This document shows positions 28,815-39,041 of a stretch of 64,000 nucleotides of DNA, piece after piece. The notes below the pieces were generated by a model. That model ran no database searches, was not told the DNA's origin, and was given only the letters and a program-made list of their open reading frames with translations. Within the stretch, counting starts at the first letter, position 1; each line of letters begins with the position of its first letter. The position numbers and the translations under genes are program-made. Source of the DNA: an uncultured Verrucomicrobiae bacterium (lineage in GTDB: Bacteria > Verrucomicrobiota > Verrucomicrobiia > Limisphaerales > Palsa-1400); NCBI GenBank assembly GCA_963702845.1, contig OY969763.1, positions 1,024,001-1,088,000 of the forward strand. Reading direction: 5' to 3'.

Positions 28815-29210
28815 ATGTCCAAACCGACGATGGGGCGCGGGCTCGGTTCGCTGATGACCGAACGTACGCCACAGGGCGACAACCAAAATCCGAACGGCAA
28901 AACTGAAATTGCCGCAGGCGTGCGCACGCTCATCCAGGGAGCTACTCCCAAACCTGCGCCTGCTCCTTCGCCAATTCGGACGCCGATGCCGAAGACATCT
29001 GCTCCTCAGATCAGTAATCAAAAAGGTCCGGCCATTCCGCGTTGGTATTTTCTTGCTGCTGATGCACTGCTGATTGGTTTGGCTCTATTCATTGCTTTCA
29101 CGAGTCCAAAACCGATGCCGACGTCGCGTATGATTGCCGCCATTGTGGTGGTTGTTTTCGCCGCTGGTTGCGGACTTTGTGCGTTGCTCGCAGGTACGGA
29201 CAAGGACTGA
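28815..29210 (+). CDS. Hypothetical membrane protein with ParB-like N-terminal peptide
   Basis: MSKPTMGRGLGSLM, Pro-rich linker, two C-terminal TM helices. Confidence 0.7.
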   Translation: MSKPTMGRGLGSLMTERTPQGDNQNPNGKTEIAAGVRTLIQGATPKPAPAPSPIRTPMPKTSAPQISNQKGPAIPRWYFLAADALLIGLALFIAFTSPKPMPTSRMIAAIVVVVFAAGCGLCALLAGTDKD

Positions 29211-29277
29211 TCCAGATTTGTTTGGGCTCCGGAACATCGTTTTTCGGCGGCAAATTTTCACGCGCGATTCTTCACAC

Positions 29278-29327
29278 TGCGCAATTCGTGCGCAGCTGCA
29301 TCATCTCACATGCGCAACTGTTGCGCG
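29278..29327 (+). promoter_or_regulatory. Tandem upstream activator sites for an NtrC-family enhancer protein
   Basis: TGCGCA-N5-TGCGCA (29278-94) and TGCGCA-N5-TGCGCG (29311-27), upstream of the sigma-54 motif. Confidence 0.6.
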
Positions 29328-29367
29328 GAATTTCCGTAATTATGTGCAAATCAGGCCGTTTCGCCCT

Positions 29368-29382
29368 TGGCACATTAAATGC
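29368..29382 (+). promoter_or_regulatory. Sigma-54 (-24/-12) promoter
   Basis: TGGCAC-attaa-ATGC, GG and GC exactly 12 bp apart, 85 bp before the first operon gene; the operon ends in a GAFTGA activator. Confidence 0.72.
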
Positions 29383-29466
29383 CTACGGTAGTTCGCCGAT
29401 GCGGACGCCTCGAATCGTCGGGGCAGGTCACGACGGCTGAGACACGCAACTTATTTGGAGATTAAT

Positions 29467-30021
29467 ATGAAATTGAAACAGATGTTAGCAATTGCCGCAA
29501 TCGGCGCACTAATGCTCGCCGGAAGCGCTACAATTATGGCGCAAGGCCGTGGCAACTTTGACCCTGCACAAATGCGCGAACGCATCATGACGCGGATGCG
29601 CGAGCAGATGGACGTCAAGGATGACGCCGAATGGAAAGTGATCGAACCGCGCATTGGTAAAGTTTTGGATGCACGACTCGAGCTATCCAAGGGCGAGCCG
29701 AGCGGCATGGGAATGATGTTTGGCGGTCGCAGCCGTCGTAGCAGCAGCAGCAGCACGGATAGCGCTACGACTCCAGCCCCGACTGATCAAGGTTCTTCCC
29801 GCTCGCGCGGTGGAATGTTCGGTCAATCACCTGAATTGGAAGCATTGCAGAAAGCGATAGATGACAAGGCTGGTAAGGACGAAATCCAAGCCAAATTGTC
29901 CGCGCTCCGCAAATCCAATAAAGAAAAACAAAAGGCCGTTGATAAGGCCCAATCAGATTTGAAGGAGATCCTCGACGCGCGCCAGGAAGCAGTCGCGGTC
30001 GTGAACGGTTTGGTGAGATAG
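29467..30021 (+). CDS. Periplasmic helical protein, Spy/CpxP/ZraP-like
   Basis: Signal peptide, Gly/Met-rich segments, helical body, terminal ILDARQEA resembling LTxxQ. Confidence 0.6.
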   Translation: MKLKQMLAIAAIGALMLAGSATIMAQGRGNFDPAQMRERIMTRMREQMDVKDDAEWKVIEPRIGKVLDARLELSKGEPSGMGMMFGGRSRRSSSSSTDSATTPAPTDQGSSRSRGGMFGQSPELEALQKAIDDKAGKDEIQAKLSALRKSNKEKQKAVDKAQSDLKEILDARQEAVAVVNGLVR

Positions 30022-30031
30022 TTTTGCATCC

Positions 30032-30077
30032 CGTAGTCAGTGGTCAGTTGTTTAAAACTTCTGAACCACTGACTACG
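30032..30077. repeat. 13-bp perfect inverted repeat between the first gene and gspE
   Basis: cgtagtcagtggt / accactgactacg. Confidence 0.7.
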
Positions 30078-30092
30078 AAAACTGATCAGCTC

Positions 30093-31817
30093 ATGACGCA
30101 GCCCCAAATACAGGACAGCAAGCAGTTGCTCGACGCGATGGTTAAGCGCAAGCAACTCTCTGCGCTCGATTCCGGCGCGTGGGAAAAATACGCGCGCTCC
30201 GGCCCCCGGCCGCTCGAATCTAACGAAGAAAACGTCTTGCGTTGGTTGGCTAAAGAGTACGATTTATCTTTCACCACGCTGGATGACGTCGAGCCGGATA
30301 AAGAACTGCTTTCATTATTTCCCGCGCGCGTTTTATTGAAGGAAGAACTTCTCCCGCTCGCACGCGTGAATGGCACCGTTGAAGTGGCGACGAGTCGTTT
30401 ATTTGCCACGCAAGGGCTCGACGCTTTGCGTAGTTTGACTGGTCTGAAGATTCGTCCAGTCCTCGCGCCCAGTGAAGCAATTTTGCGCGAGATGAAAAAG
30501 CGCCTGGGCGTCGGCGCTGACACGATTGATACGTTGGGCGACGAAGCCGGCCTGCAAGTTGTGGACGAATCGGGCGAGGACGATGGGAACCTCGACGGTG
30601 GCGAAGACGATGCTTCGATTATCCGTTTTGTTAACCAGGTTCTTCAAGACGCGATCGAATTGCGCGCGTCGGATATTCATTTGGAACCGTTCCAAGACGA
30701 ACTGCGCATTCGCTATCGTATCGACGGCGTGCTCCAGGAAGTTCCCGTTCCATCGCAAATCAAACGCTTTCAACCTGCCATTGTTTCGCGTGTAAAAATT
30801 CTGAGTCATTTGAACATCGCGGAAAAACGCTTGCCGCAAGACGGACGTATCAAGATCCGCGTGCAGGACAACGAGGTCGATATTCGTGTGTCGATCATTC
30901 CGATGCTTCACGGTGAAGCGGTCGTTATGCGTTTGCTGCGCCAGAACGCCACGTTGCGCGGCATGGAAGAACTCGGACTTGATCCGCGCGAACTAAAATC
31001 TTTCCGCCGCGTCCTCGAACTCCCGCACGGGATCATCCTCGTTACAGGTCCGACCGGTAGCGGCAAAACATCGACGCTTTACACCGCGCTCAATGAAATC
31101 AATGACGCGGAGCGCAAGATCATTACCATCGAAGACCCGATTGAATATCAACTCAGGGGCATCAATCAGATTCAGGTTTCTGAAAAGGCAGGGCTGACTT
31201 TCGCTCGTGGATTGAGGTCCATTTTGCGTCATGATCCTGATGTCGTTCTGATCGGTGAAATTCGCGACCAGGAAACCGCGCAGATTGCGGTGCAGGCTTC
31301 GCTGACGGGTCACTTGGTTTTTTCGACGCTGCACACAAACGATGCTCCCGGCGCTTTGACGCGCCTTGTGGATATGGGCGTTGAACCTTATCTGGTGGCA
31401 TCGTCGTTGGAAGCGGTGCTCGCGCAACGTCTCGTTCGCGTCCTTTGTCCGCACTGCAAGCAGGAAGACACATCGCCTGCAGCGCTGGCTCTGAAGACTC
31501 AAATCGGAATTCCGTTCAATACGCCAATTTATGCTGCCGTCGGATGTCGGGAATGCCGGCAGACCGGTTATCATGGACGCCGAGCTATTTTCGAGTGGAT
31601 GGATAGCAGCCCCGAAGTCCGGAAGCTCATTCTAAAAAACGCTTCGTCGGATCAATTGCGCGAAGCTGCGCAACGTGATGGCATGCGCTCGTTGGCCGAA
31701 GACGGCTGGCGTTTGGTGCGCGCGGGCATAACGACGGCGGAAGAAGTTTTGCGTGTGACCAAAGATCAATCGGTTGGCGATGGGATCGAAAAATCGGCCG
31801 CAGCGCCAGTTGCCTAA
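30093..31817 (+). CDS. gspE: T2SS ATPase
   Basis: ASDIHLEP, GPTGSGKT, TIEDPIE, LRHDPD, GHLVFSTLH, CxxC/CxxC. Confidence 0.95.
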   Translation: MTQPQIQDSKQLLDAMVKRKQLSALDSGAWEKYARSGPRPLESNEENVLRWLAKEYDLSFTTLDDVEPDKELLSLFPARVLLKEELLPLARVNGTVEVATSRLFATQGLDALRSLTGLKIRPVLAPSEAILREMKKRLGVGADTIDTLGDEAGLQVVDESGEDDGNLDGGEDDASIIRFVNQVLQDAIELRASDIHLEPFQDELRIRYRIDGVLQEVPVPSQIKRFQPAIVSRVKILSHLNIAEKRLPQDGRIKIRVQDNEVDIRVSIIPMLHGEAVVMRLLRQNATLRGMEELGLDPRELKSFRRVLELPHGIILVTGPTGSGKTSTLYTALNEINDAERKIITIEDPIEYQLRGINQIQVSEKAGLTFARGLRSILRHDPDVVLIGEIRDQETAQIAVQASLTGHLVFSTLHTNDAPGALTRLVDMGVEPYLVASSLEAVLAQRLVRVLCPHCKQEDTSPAALALKTQIGIPFNTPIYAAVGCRECRQTGYHGRRAIFEWMDSSPEVRKLILKNASSDQLREAAQRDGMRSLAEDGWRLVRAGITTAEEVLRVTKDQSVGDGIEKSAAAPVA

Positions 31818-31820
31818 GCC

Positions 31821-33095
31821 ATGCCAACGTTCCAATACAGAGCGTTGCAAAACGACGGCAAGATCGCTACCGGCGAACTCGAAGCGGGCGGTCGCCAGGA
31901 AGCTTTTCGCCAAATGGAAGGACGTGGTCTGCGCCCGATCAGCCTTTCCGAGCGGCAGGGCAAGGCGAAAGCAAGTGGAAAACCGGCGACTGCCAAAATG
32001 GAAGAGCCGGTCGGTGAAGAATCCAAGGTTCCGAAACTTTCGTTCGGCGGCGGTAATAAAATTTCGGCGCGCATTCTGGAAAATTTCACGCGTCTACTTT
32101 CGAGTTTGCTCGCTGCCGGTGTCCCTTTAAGTCGCGCATTGGTCATTCTGCGCAAAGAAGCATCGACACCTCTCGCGGCGGAAAAATGGAAAGAAGTTCA
32201 CGAATTGGTCATCGACGGTATGTCGCTGGCCGACGCCATGGGCCGGTCGCCTGATGTGTTTCCGCGAGTCTACGTGGCGATGGTGCAAGCGGGTGAGACG
32301 GGGGGGTTCCTGGACCTCGTCCTTGCGCAGATTGCCGATTTTCAGTCGCGCGACAAGGAGCTGCGCGGGAAGGTGCTCGCCGCGTTAACGTATCCCATCA
32401 TTCTCGTTCTCTTGTCGATTGTAGTGATTATCGTCCTGCTCGTCGTCTTCATTCCAAATTTCATGCCGGTATTCTCGAGTTTCGGTGGTGAACTTCCGTT
32501 GCTCACAAAAATGATTTTAGCGGTAAGCAATGCGGTGCGGCATTACGGGTTGTTTGTCGGGGTGGGAATCGTCATGGCGGTGCTCCTCATTCGCAACTGG
32601 TTCGTTTCGGAGAAAGGGCGCAGAACGTGGGAGGCAATGATCTTGCGCGCGCCCGTTGTTGGAAAACTTTCCGCGCAATTCGCCATGGCTCGGTTTTGTC
32701 GAATGCTTGGGACATTGCTCGCTGCTGGCGTGCCGCTCGTGCAGTCGCTGAACGTCGCGCGCAAATCGATCGGCAATCAGGTGCTGGTTGATGCCGTTTC
32801 CAATGCGATCGAACGCGTCAAGGAAGGCGGACAGCTTGCGCATAGTTTGAGCGATTGCCGCTATTTGTTTCCGGGCTCGGCATTGGAAATGATTTCCGTC
32901 GCGGAAGAGAGCGGCAAACTCGACCAGGAATTGGTGCGTCTTGCAAACGTCACCGAGTCTGATCTTGATCGTAATATGAAAACGGCCGTTTCGCTCGTTG
33001 AGCCGCTTCTGCTGTTTTGTGTCGCAGCCCTGGTTGGGACCATCGTCATCGGAATGGTCGTTCCGATTTTCTCACTTCAACAATACATCAAATGA
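31821..33095 (+). CDS. gspF: T2SS inner-membrane platform protein
   Basis: MPTFQYRA, AGETGG, EESGKL, three TMs. Confidence 0.94.
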   Translation: MPTFQYRALQNDGKIATGELEAGGRQEAFRQMEGRGLRPISLSERQGKAKASGKPATAKMEEPVGEESKVPKLSFGGGNKISARILENFTRLLSSLLAAGVPLSRALVILRKEASTPLAAEKWKEVHELVIDGMSLADAMGRSPDVFPRVYVAMVQAGETGGFLDLVLAQIADFQSRDKELRGKVLAALTYPIILVLLSIVVIIVLLVVFIPNFMPVFSSFGGELPLLTKMILAVSNAVRHYGLFVGVGIVMAVLLIRNWFVSEKGRRTWEAMILRAPVVGKLSAQFAMARFCRMLGTLLAAGVPLVQSLNVARKSIGNQVLVDAVSNAIERVKEGGQLAHSLSDCRYLFPGSALEMISVAEESGKLDQELVRLANVTESDLDRNMKTAVSLVEPLLLFCVAALVGTIVIGMVVPIFSLQQYIK

Positions 33096-33562
33096 AAATG
33101 CCAAACTTCAAACTCCAAAGTCTAAAGAAGCGTCAAACCTCAAAGAGCAAACTTCAAGCGCGTGGGTTCACGCTCATTGAACTGATGCTCGTTCTCGTTA
33201 TCTTGAGCATCCTTGCCGCCATCGTTGTCCCGAAGTTTTCAGGACGCACCGAACAGGCGCGCCAGACGGCCGCTCAGACTCAGATTTCGAGCTTCGGAAC
33301 AGCGCTCGATGCTTTCGAAGTCGATAATGGGTATTATCCCAAAGGTCGAAACGGTTTACAGGATCTGGTGCAGCAACCGCGCGAGGCTCAGAACTGGAAG
33401 GGACCTTACGTGAAGGACATCCCGAATGATCCGTGGCAACACCCGTACATTTATGAATGCCCCGGCAAGCACAATCCGTCGTCCTACGATTTGTCCTCGG
33501 CCGGCCCGGACGGTCGCACGGGCAGTGAAGACGACACCACCAATTGGCAGAATAAGAAGTAA
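33092..33562 (+). CDS. gspG: T2SS major pseudopilin
   Basis: G|FTLIELM, DNGYYP, WKGPY, DPW, SAGPDG. Confidence 0.95.
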   Translation: MKMPNFKLQSLKKRQTSKSKLQARGFTLIELMLVLVILSILAAIVVPKFSGRTEQARQTAAQTQISSFGTALDAFEVDNGYYPKGRNGLQDLVQQPREAQNWKGPYVKDIPNDPWQHPYIYECPGKHNPSSYDLSSAGPDGRTGSEDDTTNWQNKK

Positions 33563-34099
33563 TTGAAATTCGGAAACACAACGCGCATGAACGGCAACGG
33601 TGCATTCACCTTCATCGAGTTAATCCTCGTGATGGTGCTTATGGCCGTCGTGCTCAGCCTTGTGTTCCCGTCGCTCAAAGGTTTTTTCCGCGCCCGTAAT
33701 CTCGATTCTGAAGCGCAGCGGTTTTTGGCCCTGACGCGTTATGGGCAGAGTCGGGCTATTTCCGAAGGTGTGCCGATCATTTTATGGATGGATCCGCAGG
33801 CGAAGTCGTATGGGCTAGAGGTGCAGGCCGGCTATGGCGTTAATGATACGAAGCAGCGGCAGTTTCGCCTCGATGAATCGTTGCAATTGCAGGCGCAGAT
33901 TCCAGTCGCGGGTTTAATGACTCAGTCCAATTTGTGGACGCAAGTTCGCAGAACGACGATTCGTCCGGAGATTCGTTTTCTGCCCGACGGATCGATCAGC
34001 GAGACCAGCCCCGACCGTATTTTAATCACCCAAGATAAAGACGACGCGTTGTCGATCACTGAGACAACGAACCATTTGCGGTATGAAATTCACCACTAA
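33563..34099 (+). CDS. gspH: T2SS minor pseudopilin H
   Basis: A|FTFIELI; IRFLPDG; position after gspG. Confidence 0.85.
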   Translation: MKFGNTTRMNGNGAFTFIELILVMVLMAVVLSLVFPSLKGFFRARNLDSEAQRFLALTRYGQSRAISEGVPIILWMDPQAKSYGLEVQAGYGVNDTKQRQFRLDESLQLQAQIPVAGLMTQSNLWTQVRRTTIRPEIRFLPDGSISETSPDRILITQDKDDALSITETTNHLRYEIHH

Positions 34100-34472
34100 T
34101 AAACGGTCGAAAGCTGCACGATCCGCCTTCACGTTGATGGAGGTGCTGGCCGCGTTGTTGTTCATGGCAATTGTCATTCCGGTCGCGATTGAAGGCATTC
34201 GCATCGCGAGCCTCGCGGGTGAAGTTGGGCAGCGCAAAAAAATCGCTGCACGCATCGGCCAGAGCGCACTCGATGAAATGCGTTCCAACACTCAAACGCA
34301 GAACTCTGTTTCCAGCGGTCAGGTGCAGCAAGGCGCGCTGACTTATCAATATACGATTCGCACTGAGACGTGGCCCGAAGACGCAATGCGTTTAGCGACG
34401 GTCGATGTCGCATTTGCGGTGCAGGGCAGGAATTACGACGTGCAATTAAGCACGTTACTGGCGCAACAATGA
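34083..34472 (+). CDS. gspI: T2SS minor pseudopilin I
   Basis: A|FTLMEVL; short; gene order. Confidence 0.85.
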   Translation: MKFTTNKRSKAARSAFTLMEVLAALLFMAIVIPVAIEGIRIASLAGEVGQRKKIAARIGQSALDEMRSNTQTQNSVSSGQVQQGALTYQYTIRTETWPEDAMRLATVDVAFAVQGRNYDVQLSTLLAQQ

Positions 34473-35101
34473 TTACGAGCAGCACAGTTGATTCGCGAAA
34501 GGCTTTCACCTTGTTGGAAGTCCTCATCGCTATTGCTGTTTCTGCCATTGTGCTAGCCGCGATCAACATGGTTTTCTACAGCGCTTTGCGCCTGCGCAAT
34601 CGGACGATGGCATCTTTGGACGAATCCGCGCCGATTGATCACGCTCTTGCTACAATCCGCCGTGACCTGGCGAACATCGTCGCGCCGAGCCGCACAAATT
34701 TTCCATTGCAGAGCACGATCATAAGCCAATCGCAGTTCGGTCAGATCACTCCTGATTTATATACTGCCACTGGCCAAATTGACGGACTGTCCCCTTGGGG
34801 AGATGTGCAAAAAATTTCGTACGGTCTCGCGCCTTCAGCCGACGGCATGTCACGCGATCTGATTCGAATCGTATCTCACAACCTTCTCGCCACGACAACC
34901 GAGATGCCGGAACAACAATGGCTCCTCGGCGGCGTTAGAAATATCGCTTTGCATTATTTCGACGGAGCGCAATGGGCTGATGTTTGGGACACAACCACCC
35001 AATCCAATTTACCGACGGCAATTAAAGTGGATCTGGATCTGACGAACAACTTGATGCACATGGTCGTCGCATTGGACACACAAGTGAGAACGAATCAATG
35101 A
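34469..35101 (+). CDS. gspJ: T2SS minor pseudopilin J
   Basis: A|FTLLEVL; IRRDL; YFDGxxWxxxW...LPTAIKV. Confidence 0.87.
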   Translation: MITSSTVDSRKAFTLLEVLIAIAVSAIVLAAINMVFYSALRLRNRTMASLDESAPIDHALATIRRDLANIVAPSRTNFPLQSTIISQSQFGQITPDLYTATGQIDGLSPWGDVQKISYGLAPSADGMSRDLIRIVSHNLLATTTEMPEQQWLLGGVRNIALHYFDGAQWADVWDTTTQSNLPTAIKVDLDLTNNLMHMVVALDTQVRTNQ

Positions 35102-36432
35102 ACCTGCGCGTGTCCAATTTAGAAACCGGTTCGGTGCTCATCATCGTGCTTTGGATTGCGATTGGTCTTGTCTCGATCGCGCTCTACTTCGGGCACGCGA
35201 TGTCTTCTGAATTGCAGGCGTCTGCGAACACGGTGGCTGCGACCGAAGCCGAGATGGCAATCGAAGGCGCCGCTCGTTACGTCAGCAACGTCCTCGCGAA
35301 CGCGCAGCCCGGCTACATGCCACAAAACCTGCATTGCACGAATATCGCCATCGGCAACGCGCGGTTTTGGATAATCGGACGCGCAACCAACGACACGCAG
35401 ACGACATTGCAAGAACCGACGTGGGGCTTGGTCGATGAAGCGTCGAAGATCAATATCAACGCGACGAACATCACCTATAACGTTCTGACCAACGTGCCCA
35501 ATCTGACATCTGACCTCGCCGATGCCATTGTCGATTGGCGCAGTTCGACGTCATCGAACACTTCGATTTCGGCGAATTACTCGATGATGCAAACTTCGTC
35601 GTACACCTCCAAACACGCGCCGTTCAATACGGTTGATGAATTGCGTTTGATTTCGGGAATGGACCTTGCAACGTTGTATGGAGAAGACGCAAACCTCAAC
35701 GGGTTTTTGGATCCCAACGAAGATGATGCGGACAATCTACCGCCGAGCGATAATCACGACGGTCACCTTGACTCCGGGTTGCTGGAATTTTTAACGGTCT
35801 ACAGCCGTGAACCGAACACGGACACAAATGGTGACGTTCGTGTCAACATCAGAGACCGCGCGCAACAAACCAGGTTGCGCACATTGCTGCAGCAGCAAAG
35901 CATCCCGCAGAGCAAAATTAACTCGATGTTGTCGTGGGGACTGCAATCGAGTAACGTGCTCGAGTTCTACATTCGAAACGTGAACGTCAATCAATTGAGC
36001 GAAATGGATTTCGCTGCAATTGAGCCAAGTATTTCCGCCACCAGTAGCAATTTTCTTTACGGCTTGGTCAACATCAATACCGCGAGCGAGCAAGTGCTTG
36101 CCTGCATTCCGGGAATTGGATCAAACAACGCGCCCGCGATTGTTTCTTATCGCGAAAATAATCCGAGTCGAATCAATAGCATTGCGTGGCTTGCGCAAGC
36201 AATGAGCATCACGCCGACGACCGCGCGGACAATCGGGCAATACATCACCAGCCGTTCGTATCAGTTTACCGCCGACATCGCCGCGGTCGGTTCCTATGGC
36301 CGTGGATATCGGCGCGTGAAATTCGTTTTCGACACCAGTGAAGGCATGCCAAAAATTATTTATCGCCAGGACCTGACCCATCTCGGTTGGGCGCTCGGTC
36401 CGCAGGCGAGGGAGGTAACTTCGATCTTATGA
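35098..36432 (+). CDS. gspK: T2SS minor pseudopilin K
   Basis: G|SVLIIVLW (no E5), DEASKININ, AIVDW, VNINTAS, DxNxNGxLD acidic loop. Confidence 0.9.
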   Translation: MNLRVSNLETGSVLIIVLWIAIGLVSIALYFGHAMSSELQASANTVAATEAEMAIEGAARYVSNVLANAQPGYMPQNLHCTNIAIGNARFWIIGRATNDTQTTLQEPTWGLVDEASKININATNITYNVLTNVPNLTSDLADAIVDWRSSTSSNTSISANYSMMQTSSYTSKHAPFNTVDELRLISGMDLATLYGEDANLNGFLDPNEDDADNLPPSDNHDGHLDSGLLEFLTVYSREPNTDTNGDVRVNIRDRAQQTRLRTLLQQQSIPQSKINSMLSWGLQSSNVLEFYIRNVNVNQLSEMDFAAIEPSISATSSNFLYGLVNINTASEQVLACIPGIGSNNAPAIVSYRENNPSRINSIAWLAQAMSITPTTARTIGQYITSRSYQFTADIAAVGSYGRGYRRVKFVFDTSEGMPKIIYRQDLTHLGWALGPQAREVTSIL

Positions 36433-37853
36433 TTTCTTTCAAACCACAACGCCTCACATCAGTTTTAGGATTGGCGTTCGACGGCAGCCAAATCGAAGGC
36501 GTCGTCCTGCGCCGCACCAATGGTCACGTGGCCGTTCGTCAGACATTTTCGGCGGCACTGACGCTTGATCCCTTAACTGCGGACACAGAATTGGTTGGTC
36601 GCGAACTGCGCAATCACCTCGACAAAAACGAAATTCGTGAACGGCGATGTGTTGTTTGCCTGCCACTGAATTGGGTGGTGTCGCTTCACGTGAAGCTCCC
36701 GGATTTGCCGGAAGCGGACATCCCGAGTTTTCTGCAGATTGAAGCCGAGCGTGGGTTTCATGCCTCGCCCGAGTCTCTCGCGATTGTAAGTTCACGATTC
36801 ACCGCATCCGATGGCGAAAAATTCGCTACGATCATGGCGGTGTCGAGGCAGAACCTTGATCAACTGGAAACGGCGTTACGCGCGGCGCAGTTGAAACCGG
36901 TGAGTTTCTCGATTGGAACCGCGGCGCTGCAACCGGTGGGCAAGAGCGGCATCGCTTTATTGCCGGGCATCGGCAACGCTGGATTGCAGGTCAATTGCGA
37001 CGGCGGCATTGCGGCGCTACGCACGATTGACGGCATCATGGAAACCGAAGGCGCGCAAAAGCGTCTCTTCGCAGACTTACTCGCGCGCGAAATTCGCATC
37101 ACCCTCGGCCAATTGCCCGAGGCCGTTCGCAACGATCTCAAAGTCGTGCGCGTTTTTGGTAAATCGGAACTCGCCCAACGCATGGCTGCGGACATCACAC
37201 CGCGTTTGGCTGCGATGAATCTGCAAGTCGAACGCGTCGACCGCGCCGCCACGGAAAGCTGGGGTAAGGTTCTGCCGCCTGAGGCGGCTGCCTCGCCGGC
37301 GATGGCGTTAGGTGCGCGCTACCTAATGGAGCACGCGGCGCCGTTCGAGTTCATGCCGGCAAAAGTGAGCGCTCTCGAGCAACTCGCTAATCGTCTCAAG
37401 GGAGGCAAACTCGGCACGGTCGGTGCAACCGCCGGCGCTGTTGTGGTGATTGGAGTTCTCGCTGTTGCGGTCCACATGGCGATCGCGGCGCATTACGAAT
37501 CGCGCTGGTCTGCGATGGAGCCGAAGGTGAAAGATCTTCAGGAAATCCAAGACAATATCAAAAAGTACCGGCCATGGTTTGACGATTCCTGTCGCAGCCT
37601 GGTTGTCCTTCGCAAGCTGACGGAATCGTTTCCCGAAGACGGCGTTGTTTCGGCGAAGACCGTCGAAATCCGCGATCAGTCCACTGTCACGTGCTCGGGA
37701 ACAGCGCGCGACAAACAATCCTTTATCAAAATGTTCGATAAACTCAGCGCCTCGCAAGGTATCTCTGACTTGACGATCGACCAGGTGCAGGGCGAAGGAC
37801 CGGTCCAATTTACCCTTAACTTTCAATGGGACGGAGGTGCTCGTGCAAATTAA
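36429..37853 (+). CDS. gspL: T2SS GspL-like protein (PilM-like cytoplasmic part, TM, PilN-like domain)
   Basis: Actin-like N-terminus (VLGLAFDG), single TM, coiled coil and ferredoxin-like end; gene order. Confidence 0.7.
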   Translation: MISFKPQRLTSVLGLAFDGSQIEGVVLRRTNGHVAVRQTFSAALTLDPLTADTELVGRELRNHLDKNEIRERRCVVCLPLNWVVSLHVKLPDLPEADIPSFLQIEAERGFHASPESLAIVSSRFTASDGEKFATIMAVSRQNLDQLETALRAAQLKPVSFSIGTAALQPVGKSGIALLPGIGNAGLQVNCDGGIAALRTIDGIMETEGAQKRLFADLLAREIRITLGQLPEAVRNDLKVVRVFGKSELAQRMAADITPRLAAMNLQVERVDRAATESWGKVLPPEAAASPAMALGARYLMEHAAPFEFMPAKVSALEQLANRLKGGKLGTVGATAGAVVVIGVLAVAVHMAIAAHYESRWSAMEPKVKDLQEIQDNIKKYRPWFDDSCRSLVVLRKLTESFPEDGVVSAKTVEIRDQSTVTCSGTARDKQSFIKMFDKLSASQGISDLTIDQVQGEGPVQFTLNFQWDGGARAN

Positions 37854-38370
37854 GAACCGCCAACAAATCCTGATTTTCGTTGCCCTCGGCGCGCTGCTGT
37901 TTTTCGTCGGCGACCATTTAGTCTTAACGCCGTTGGTCAGCGGCTGGCAAACGCGCACCAAACGCATCGCTGAACTGAAGCAATTTATAAAACAGGGTGA
38001 AATGCTGCAGGATCGCGAGCAAAACATTCGCAGTCATTGGAGCCAAATGCGGACGAATACGTTGTCCTCTAATGCGTCAGTCGCTCAAAGTGAAATCTTC
38101 AAAGCGTTCGATAGCTGGTCGCAAGACAGCCGGATGAAAGTTGGCTCGATCAAACCGCAATGGAAGCATAACGACGAGTATACGATCCTCGAATGCCGCG
38201 TTAATGCGACCGGTGATATTCAGTCCCTTTCCAAATTCATTTACGACGCCGAAAAAGACCCGCTCGCCGTGAAGGTGGAATCGGTCGAGATCACGTCACG
38301 CGACAATAACGGCCAACAATTGAGCCTGGTGCTGCAAGTCAGCGGCTTGGTTTTGAATCAGACGCAATGA
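37837..38370 (+). CDS. gspM: T2SS GspM/PilO-like protein
   Basis: N-terminal TM, coiled coil, C-terminal ferredoxin-like fold pattern; gene order. Confidence 0.7.
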   Translation: MLVQIKNRQQILIFVALGALLFFVGDHLVLTPLVSGWQTRTKRIAELKQFIKQGEMLQDREQNIRSHWSQMRTNTLSSNASVAQSEIFKAFDSWSQDSRMKVGSIKPQWKHNDEYTILECRVNATGDIQSLSKFIYDAEKDPLAVKVESVEITSRDNNGQQLSLVLQVSGLVLNQTQ

Positions 38371-39041
38371 CCAACAAGTTTAAAATTCCAGGTGTAAGGT
38401 TCAAAGTGCCGCTGCTTGTTTGCGGTTTTGGACTTCTTTTGGTTAGTGCACAAGCGGCGACGACGAATTCAGTCCAGACGACGAACTCGCCCACAGTGGT
38501 AGCCACTGCCAACACCAACACCGGAACGACTTTCCCATCGTTCAAAATTATCGCAGAGCGAAATATTTTCAGCGCAAACCGCTCCGGTCGCGTGTCTCGT
38601 GGCCCCACGACAAAGCCGACCAAAGTGGATACATTCACGCTCGTCGGAGTCGTCGACTATTCCAAGGGGATGTTCGCAATTTTCGACGGATCGAGCAGCG
38701 AATTGCGAAAAACATTGAAGATCGGCGATTCCCTCGCGGGCTTCACAATTACCGATGTCGACCTCGACCATGTCACTATCGCTAACACCAACGGTGCAGA
38801 CACGGTGTTGCATGTCGGCTCGCAGATGCGCCGGTTGGACGAGGGACCCTGGGCTCTCGGATCTGGTCCTGCGCCTCAAATCGCTAAAGCAAATAATTTA
38901 ACTTACGAAGCGGCCGATGCCGTACTGAGCGAGGACAAATCTGACAATACGAACGAAGCACCGCCGAGTGCGGAGGCAAACGATGTTCTCAAGAAACTTA
39001 TGCAAAAACGCAAAGCGGAGGTAAAAAATGAATCCGAATAA
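38367..39041 (+). CDS. GspC/PilP-like HR-domain protein (no PDZ)
   Basis: RNIF, LVGVV...AIF, LKIGDSLAGFTITDV; lies before the secretin. Confidence 0.6.
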   Translation: MTNKFKIPGVRFKVPLLVCGFGLLLVSAQAATTNSVQTTNSPTVVATANTNTGTTFPSFKIIAERNIFSANRSGRVSRGPTTKPTKVDTFTLVGVVDYSKGMFAIFDGSSSELRKTLKIGDSLAGFTITDVDLDHVTIANTNGADTVLHVGSQMRRLDEGPWALGSGPAPQIAKANNLTYEAADAVLSEDKSDNTNEAPPSAEANDVLKKLMQKRKAEVKNESE

